From contig JAZQGO010000025.1 of NCBI GenBank assembly GCA_045540055.1, positions 10-64,009 of the forward strand: a DNA stretch of 64,000 bases, in the 5' to 3' direction. The stretch is from Acutalibacteraceae bacterium. Its GTDB lineage: Bacteria > Bacillota > Clostridia > Oscillospirales > Acutalibacteraceae. A model generated the notes under the pieces. The model made no database searches. It saw only the letters and a list, made by a program, of their open reading frames with translations, and was not told where the DNA came from. Made by a program: the position numbers and the translations under genes. Shown in pieces: positions 58,214-64,000 of this stretch (positions within the stretch are counted from its first letter, which is position 1; the number at the start of each line of letters is the position of its first letter).

Positions 58214-60295
58214 TTAGTCTTTCTTGTTTCTTGAAGAAATAATCTTTTCAGCGATGCTCTTCGGAACTTCCTTATAACCGTCAGGTTCCATTACATACTG
58301 GCCACGGCCCTGTGTCTTGGAACGAAGGTCGGTAGCATAACCGAACATATCGCCGAGCGGTACGCGAGCATTGATTTGCTTAGCGCCTGCTCTGTCCTCA
58401 AAGCCTTGGATTTCGCCACGGCGAGAGTTAAGGTCGCCTATAACGTCACCCATATATTCTTCAGGAACGATTACTGTAACCTTCATAATCGGCTCGAGGA
58501 GAACGGGGTCTGCCTTTCTTGCAGCCTCTTTGAATGCCATAGAACCGGCAATCTTAAACGCCATTTCAGAAGAGTCAACCTCGTGATACGAACCGTCATA
58601 AAGAGTAACCTTTACGTCAACTACAGGATAACCTGCGAGTACACCAGCTTGTAAGGAGCCCTGAATACCTGCATCAACAGGTCCAATGAATTCCTTCGGA
58701 ATGGAACCGCCTGTAACGGCATTGATAAATTCATAACCCTTGCCTGTTTCGTTAGGCTCGAGAATGATTTTAACGTGACCGTACTGACCTGAACCACCGG
58801 ACTGACGCTTATACTTGGTTTCGTGGTCAACCTTATTGCGCACTGTTTCTTTGTAAGCAACCTGAGGAGCACCTACGTTTGCCTCAACCTTAAATTCGCG
58901 AAGCAGACGGTCAACGATGATTTCAAGGTGTAATTCACCCATACCTGCAATAATGGTTTGTCCTGTTTCTTCATCGGTATAAGCCTTGAATGTCGGGTCT
59001 TCTTCAGCAAGCTTTGCAAGGGAAAGACCCATCTTCTCCTGACCAGCCTTAGTCTTCGGCTCAATAGCAACACGAATAACAGGCTCAGGGAAGTTCATTG
59101 ATTCAAGGATAACGGGATGCTTTTCATCGCAAAGAGTATCACCTGTTGTGGTATTCTTAAGACCAACAGCAGCAGCAATATCACCTGCATAACAGGTTTC
59201 GATATCTTCTCTGTGGTTGGCGTGCATCTGAAGGATACGTCCCATTCTTTCCTTATTATCTTTTACAGAGTTGTATACACCGCTACCTGAGTTAACGCAG
59301 CCTGAGTATACACGGAAGAAGCAAATCTTACCAACAAACGGGTCGGTAGCAATCTTAAATGCGAGCGCTGAGAACGGCTCGTCATCAGAAGAATGTCTAA
59401 CTTCCTCTTCATCGGTTTCGGGGTTAACACCCTTAATTGCTTCAATGTCGGTCGGAGCCGGCATATAATCTACAACAGCATCGAGCAAAGGTTGAACGCC
59501 CTTGTTTCTGTAGGAAGTACCACAGCAAATCGGTACCATTGCATTTTCAATAGTAGCCTTACGGATAACCTTCTTCATCTGCTCAACAGTGGGCTCTTCA
59601 CCCTCGAAGTATTTTTCCATAAGTTCTTCATCCTGCTCAACAACAGTTTCAACAAGATTTGTACGGTATTTGTTAGCGAGCTCGAGCATGTCCTCAGGGA
59701 TAGCTTCCTCTCTAACATCTTTACCAAGGTCATCATAGTAGACAATAGCCTTCATCTCTACTAAGTCGATAAGACCCTTAAAGTCGCTTTCAGAGCCAAT
59801 TGGCAACTGAATTGGAACACCGTTACAGTTAAAACGCTCTTTAACCATATCAAGAACGCGATAGAAATCGGCACCCATAATGTCCATTTTATTAACGTAA
59901 ATCATTCTAGGTACGCGATATTCATCAGCCTGACGCCAAACGGTTTCAGACTGAGGCTCAACACCGCCCTTTGCGCATAAAACGGTTACAGAACCGTCGA
60001 GTACACGGAGTGAACGCTGAACTTCAACAGTAAAGTCAACGTGTCCGGGAGTGTCGATAATATTGATACGATGGTCCTTCCAAAAACAAGTGGTAGCAGC
60101 AGAAGTAATGGTAATACCTCTCTCCTGCTCCTGTTCCATCCAGTCCATAGTTGCGCCGCCATCATGAGTTTCACCCATCTTACGGTTAATACCGGTGTAG
60201 AAAAGGATACGCTCGGTGGTGGTGGTTTTACCGGCGTCAATGTGGGCCATAATACCAATATTTCTTGTCATTTCAAGAGATACCTTTCTTGGCAT
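58214..60295 (-). CDS. fusA: Elongation factor G
   Basis: Start at [25 protein letters not shown]. Confidence 0.97.
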   Translation of the reverse strand: MPRKVSLEMTRNIGIMAHIDAGKTTTTERILFYTGINRKMGETHDGGATMDWMEQEQERGITITSAATTCFWKDHRINIIDTPGHVDFTVEVQRSLRVLDGSVTVLCAKGGVEPQSETVWRQADEYRVPRMIYVNKMDIMGADFYRVLDMVKERFNCNGVPIQLPIGSESDFKGLIDLVEMKAIVYYDDLGKDVREEAIPEDMLELANKYRTNLVETVVEQDEELMEKYFEGEEPTVEQMKKVIRKATIENAMVPICCGTSYRNKGVQPLLDAVVDYMPAPTDIEAIKGVNPETDEEEVRHSSDDEPFSALAFKIATDPFVGKICFFRVYSGCVNSGSGVYNSVKDNKERMGRILQMHANHREDIETCYAGDIAAAVGLKNTTTGDTLCDEKHPVILESMNFPEPVIRVAIEPKTKAGQEKMGLSLAKLAEEDPTFKAYTDEETGQTIIAGMGELHLEIIVDRLLREFKVEANVGAPQVAYKETVRNKVDHETKYKRQSGGSGQYGHVKIILEPNETGKGYEFINAVTGGSIPKEFIGPVDAGIQGSLQAGVLAGYPVVDVKVTLYDGSYHEVDSSEMAFKIAGSMAFKEAARKADPVLLEPIMKVTVIVPEEYMGDVIGDLNSRRGEIQGFEDRAGAKQINARVPLGDMFGYATDLRSKTQGRGQYVMEPDGYKEVPKSIAEKIISSRNKKD

Positions 60296-60344
60296 ATAAA
60301 CCTCCATCCCGCATTATGCGGTTAACAATAAATTGTGTATTAAA

Positions 60345-60815
60345 CTACCATCTGTAATGAGCAAATGCTTTGTTAGCTTCTGCCATTTTATGAGTATCGT
60401 CACGCTTCTTTGCTGCGCCGCCGATACCGTTTATAGCATCAAGAATCTCGCCGGCAAGACGTTCTTTCATTGTTTTTTCAGAACGTGTACGGCTATAGGT
60501 AGCCAACCAACGAAGACCCAAAGTCTGCTTTCTTTCAGGGCGAACCTCGAAAGGTACCTGATAGGTAGCACCGCCCTTACGAACAGCCTTTACTTCGAGC
60601 TGAGGCATAACATTTTCCATAGCCTGCTCGAAAACCTCGATAGGATCCTTTCCTGTCTTTTCACTGATAATATCGAAAGCACCATAAACAATTTTCTGAG
60701 CTACACCCTTCTTACCGTCTAACATAATGTTGTTGATAAGACGTGTAACGATTTTTGAATTGTATACCGGATCCGGCAAAACATCACGTTTTGCAATAAA
60801 GCCTCTTCTTGGCAC
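60345..60815 (-). CDS. rpsG: 30S ribosomal protein S7
   Basis: GTG start giving (M)[11 protein letters not shown] with GGAGGG upstream. Ends ...AFAHYRW. Confidence 0.95.
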   Translation of the reverse strand: MPRRGFIAKRDVLPDPVYNSKIVTRLINNIMLDGKKGVAQKIVYGAFDIISEKTGKDPIEVFEQAMENVMPQLEVKAVRKGGATYQVPFEVRPERKQTLGLRWLATYSRTRSEKTMKERLAGEILDAINGIGGAAKKRDDTHKMAEANKAFAHYRW

Positions 60816-60955
60816 TTTTCTTCCCTCCTTCATAATGATGATATCATAGGTACTCGAGTGACAAAACTTCCCGTAGCACCAAGCAAGGCGTAAACATATA
60901 TATAAACGCCGCTGCTTGATTAAATGCAGCAGAGATATTTCGTCTCATCAAAGAA

Positions 60956-61381
60956 CTATTTTGCAGCACCTGGTTTAGGACGCTTTGCGCCATACTTAGA
61001 ACGACTCTGCATTCTCTTGGCAACGCCTTGAGTATCGAGAGTACCTCTAATAATATGATAACGCACACCAGGCAAGTCCTTAACACGTCCACCACGAATT
61101 AAAACAACGCTGTGTTCCTGCAAATTATGACCGATACCGGGGATATAAGCAGAAACTTCAATACCGTTTGAAAGACGAACTCTGGCAATCTTACGAAGAG
61201 CCGAGTTAGGCTTTTTCGGGGTAGAGGTCTTAACAGCTGTACAAACGCCTCTCTTCTGCGGAGAATCATTGTCTGTCGGCTGGCGCTTCATAGAGTTGTA
61301 ACCCTTTAAAAGTGCAGGAGCCTTAGCTTTTTTCTCAACAGTTTCGCGTCCGCTACGAACTAACTGATTAAAGGTTGGCAT
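60956..61381 (-). CDS. rpsL: 30S ribosomal protein S12
   Basis: Start at [13 protein letters not shown]; [10 protein letters not shown] motif. Confidence 0.97.
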   Translation of the reverse strand: MPTFNQLVRSGRETVEKKAKAPALLKGYNSMKRQPTDNDSPQKRGVCTAVKTSTPKKPNSALRKIARVRLSNGIEVSAYIPGIGHNLQEHSVVLIRGGRVKDLPGVRYHIIRGTLDTQGVAKRMQSRSKYGAKRPKPGAAK

Positions 61382-61437
61382 ATCGCACCTCCTCACTACA
61401 AATTTATGTGTAAGCATAATTCCACACACTAAATAAT

Positions 61438-61485
61438 AATAACACCAATTTCAACCGTTGTCAATAGTCAAAATTGGTGTTATTT
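61438..61485 (-). terminator. Hairpin between rpoC and rpsL
   Basis: aataacaccaatt ... aattggtgttatt, a 13-bp perfect stem with a loop of about 20 nt, 8 nt after the rpoC stop. Confidence 0.45.
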
Positions 61486-61492
61486 AAAGTTT

Positions 61493-64000
61493 TTATTCTG
61501 CTTCTACGCTTTCTTCAGCATAGCTTTCGAAATAAGCGTTTTCAGTAGCAATTTCGTTAGAACGCATACCAGTACCTGCAGGTACGAGCTTACCGATAAT
61601 AACATTTTCCTTAAGACCGAACAGTGGATCAACCTTGCCCTTGATTGCGGCATCTGTAAGAACACGTGTAGTCTCCTGGAAGGAAGCGGCAGAAAGGAAG
61701 GAATCGGTAGCGAGTGAAGCCTTTGTAATACCAAGTAATGTAGGCTTATACTCAGCAAGCTGGAGTCCCTCTTCCCCTGCTTCAATGCGATCCTTAATCT
61801 GCTGATTAGCAACCGCAATTTCTGCATACTCATATCTGTTATTGAGAAGAAGCTCGGTAGAGCCTGGATTTGTAATGACAAGCTTACGCATCATCTGACG
61901 AATGATAACCTCAATGTGTTTATCATTGATATCAACGCCCTGTGTACGATAAGCATTCTGAATTTCAGCAATAATATATTCCTGAACAGCCTCAGCACCC
62001 TGAGCCTCTAAGATGTCCTGCGGATATTTAGCACCCGAGATAAGCGAATCGCCTGCCTTAACCTCGTCACCGTTGCTAACAAGCGGATTGATGCCGTAAG
62101 GAATACCTACCTTCTCTTCCTCAAGAGTTTCTTTATTGGTTATAACAATAACGTTACTCTTCTTTTCTTCGGTTATACGAACAGTACCGTCGATTTTCGC
62201 GATAAGTCCGCAACGCTTAGGTCTACGTGCTTCGAACAATTCTTCAACACGCGGCAAACCTTGTGTAATATCCTCTGTACTTGCGATACCACCAGTATGG
62301 AAGGTACGCATTGTAAGCTGTGTACCGGGCTCACCGATTGACTGTGCTGCGATTATACCAACTGCCTCGCCCTTAGTAACAGGCTTGCCTGTTGCAAGGT
62401 TAGCACCGTAACACTTGCGGCATACACCGTGATGGCTATGGCAGGTAAGAATTGAACGGATGGTAACCTTGGTAGCGCCTGTATCAAGAATAAGCTTGGC
62501 ATCCTCTTCTGTCATCATCTTATCCTTAGAAACCAGCACCTCGCCAGTCTTCTCATCAACAAAGTCATCGAGCAAGAAACGACCGATAAGTCTTTCCTCC
62601 AACGTTTCGAGAACGTGGTTGCCGTCCTTAATATCACTCACTGCGAGACCCTCTACGGTTTCGCAATCGTCATCGCAAATAATAACGTCTTGAGATACGT
62701 CAACAAGACGACGCGTAAGGTAACCCGAGTCAGCAGTACGGAGCGCTGTATCGGCAAGACCCTTACGAGCACCACGTGAAGAAATAAAGTACTCAAGTAC
62801 GTTAAGGCCTTCACGGTAGTTAGCACGAATCGGAACTTCGATAACCTTACCGGCAGTATTGGCAATAAGTCCGCGCATACCTGCAAGCTGTCTAATCTGG
62901 CTCATAGAACCACGGGCGCCCGAATCAGCCATCATAAAGATGGGGTTAAATTCATCAAGGTTGCCCTTAAGAGCATCAGCAACATCCTCGGTTGCCTTGT
63001 TCCAAATCTTAATTACTAGATTGCTGCGCTCAGCGTCACTGATAAGACCACGCCTGAACTTTCTTGTAACTCCGTCAATTTCCTTTTCAGCGTCAGCGAT
63101 GATTTCCTTCTTCTTTTCAGGAATAACGGCATCGATTACGGCAACGGTAACAGCGCCCTGTGTTGAATATTTAAAGCCTGTGGCCTTAACATTATCAAGA
63201 ACAATTGCAGACTCACTTGTGCCGTGCTTAGCAATACAGCGGTCAATGATTTTGCCCAACTGTTTCTTGCCAACCTTATTCTGAATAATGTCGTCGTTTG
63301 ACTCAACGAGCTTCTTATTCTCGTCAGCAAGACGGAAGCACCATTCAAGATCAAGCGCATGCCTTTCATCACTACGGTTAACAAAACCCAAATCCTGTGG
63401 GATTGACTCGTTAAATATGAGGAAGCCGACGGTACACCAAACAAGTTGGCTAACACCATCCTTTTCGAAGCGTACGCGAATTGGTGCGTGAAGTCCTACA
63501 ACACCGTCGGTATAAGCCATAATAGCTTCATTCTTATCACGGAAAACCTTGTTTGCGCCCGGCTCGTCTGTCTTAACAAGTGTTAAGTAGTATGAGCCAA
63601 GAACCATATCCTGTGTAGGAACTGCAACAGGCTTACCGTCAGACGGCTTTAAGAGGTTGTTAGCGCAAAGCATAAGGAATCTTGCCTCAGCCTGAGCCTC
63701 TGCAGAAAGCGGTACGTGAACAGCCATCTGGTCGCCGTCGAAGTCGGCGTTGTACGCAGTACAAGCAAGCGGATGAAGCTTTAATGCCTTACCCTCAACA
63801 AGAACAGGCTCAAATGCCTGAATACCAAGTCTGTGAAGTGTAGGCGCACGGTTAAGAAGAACGGGATGTTCTTTAATAACGGTTTCTAATGCATCCCAGA
63901 TTTCTGTTGAAGCACGGTCAACCATCTTACGTGCGGACTTGATGTTGGTAGCAATCTTGGTTTCAACAAGTCGCTTCATAACGAAGGGCTTGAATAGCTC
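61493..64000 (-). CDS. rpoC: DNA-directed RNA polymerase subunit beta' (C-terminal about 835 codons; 5' part lies outside the window)
   Basis: Contains [12 protein letters not shown] and downstream conserved blocks. The reading frame stays open to the window edge. Confidence 0.97.
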   Translation of the reverse strand, partial: ELFKPFVMKRLVETKIATNIKSARKMVDRASTEIWDALETVIKEHPVLLNRAPTLHRLGIQAFEPVLVEGKALKLHPLACTAYNADFDGDQMAVHVPLSAEAQAEARFLMLCANNLLKPSDGKPVAVPTQDMVLGSYYLTLVKTDEPGANKVFRDKNEAIMAYTDGVVGLHAPIRVRFEKDGVSQLVWCTVGFLIFNESIPQDLGFVNRSDERHALDLEWCFRLADENKKLVESNDDIIQNKVGKKQLGKIIDRCIAKHGTSESAIVLDNVKATGFKYSTQGAVTVAVIDAVIPEKKKEIIADAEKEIDGVTRKFRRGLISDAERSNLVIKIWNKATEDVADALKGNLDEFNPIFMMADSGARGSMSQIRQLAGMRGLIANTAGKVIEVPIRANYREGLNVLEYFISSRGARKGLADTALRTADSGYLTRRLVDVSQDVIICDDDCETVEGLAVSDIKDGNHVLETLEERLIGRFLLDDFVDEKTGEVLVSKDKMMTEEDAKLILDTGATKVTIRSILTCHSHHGVCRKCYGANLATGKPVTKGEAVGIIAAQSIGEPGTQLTMRTFHTGGIASTEDITQGLPRVEELFEARRPKRCGLIAKIDGTVRITEEKKSNVIVITNKETLEEEKVGIPYGINPLVSNGDEVKAGDSLISGAKYPQDILEAQGAEAVQEYIIAEIQNAYRTQGVDINDKHIEVIIRQMMRKLVITNPGSTELLLNNRYEYAEIAVANQQIKDRIEAGEEGLQLAEYKPTLLGITKASLATDSFLSAASFQETTRVLTDAAIKGKVDPLFGLKENVIIGKLVPAGTGMRSNEIATENAYFESYAEESVEAE

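Noticed and set aside
60834-60955. 83-aa ORF and hairpins in the rpsL-rpsG spacer
   Set aside because: The ORF overlaps rpsL in another frame and has no RBS. The spacer hairpins are compatible with the known S7 autoregulatory and processing region of str operons, and nothing specific can be supported.

Overview
This 64-kb chromosomal window looks like a spore-forming Clostridia-type Firmicute, judged by dpaAB, a bofA-like gene, addAB, encoded CCA ends on the tRNAs and strong GGAGG ribosome-binding sites. About 85% is ordinary housekeeping. In order: a eukaryote-like GH13 branching enzyme, malic enzyme, a sugar ABC importer, an orphan priming glycosyltransferase, IS200, murC, cca, dpaAB, addAB and rhaBA. 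Then a PadR/DUF1700/DUF4097 module, tRNA-Pro, metK behind a SAM-I riboswitch, a ribU-like gene behind an FMN riboswitch, and a pair of COG0523-type metallochaperone genes. Next come an 8-gene pyr operon (pyrC-carB-pyrK-pyrD-pyrF-pyrE-pyrB-pyrI, no carA) and a divergent 8-gene pur operon behind a ZTP (pfl) riboswitch. The window ends with serA-serC and the tuf-fusA-rpsG-rpsL-rpoC' block. The least ordinary stretch is about 4.2-8.3 kb. There, three copies of a composite structured repeat each sit directly 3' of a minus-strand gene: an XRE/zinc-ribbon membrane regulator, a TetR gene and tRNA-Tyr. Two copies are 186/188 identical; the third keeps the architecture with different sequence. All carry tRNA-Tyr 3'-end-like remnants, and no integrase is visible. 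Other points worth a second look: a PurF homologue without the N-terminal Cys nucleophile, carB without carA, a split PurO-type plus AICARFT-only replacement for purH, and a His/Cys-rich COG0523 pair behind a palindrome overlapping its promoter. There are also several decayed gene fragments (esterase, DUF4422, SGNH hydrolase, lactonase, YgjV-like). I found no CRISPR array, recombinase, prophage or recognisable defence gene, so I cannot point to a clear novel multi-gene system. The tRNA-Tyr-linked repeat and islet array is the best candidate for something undescribed.
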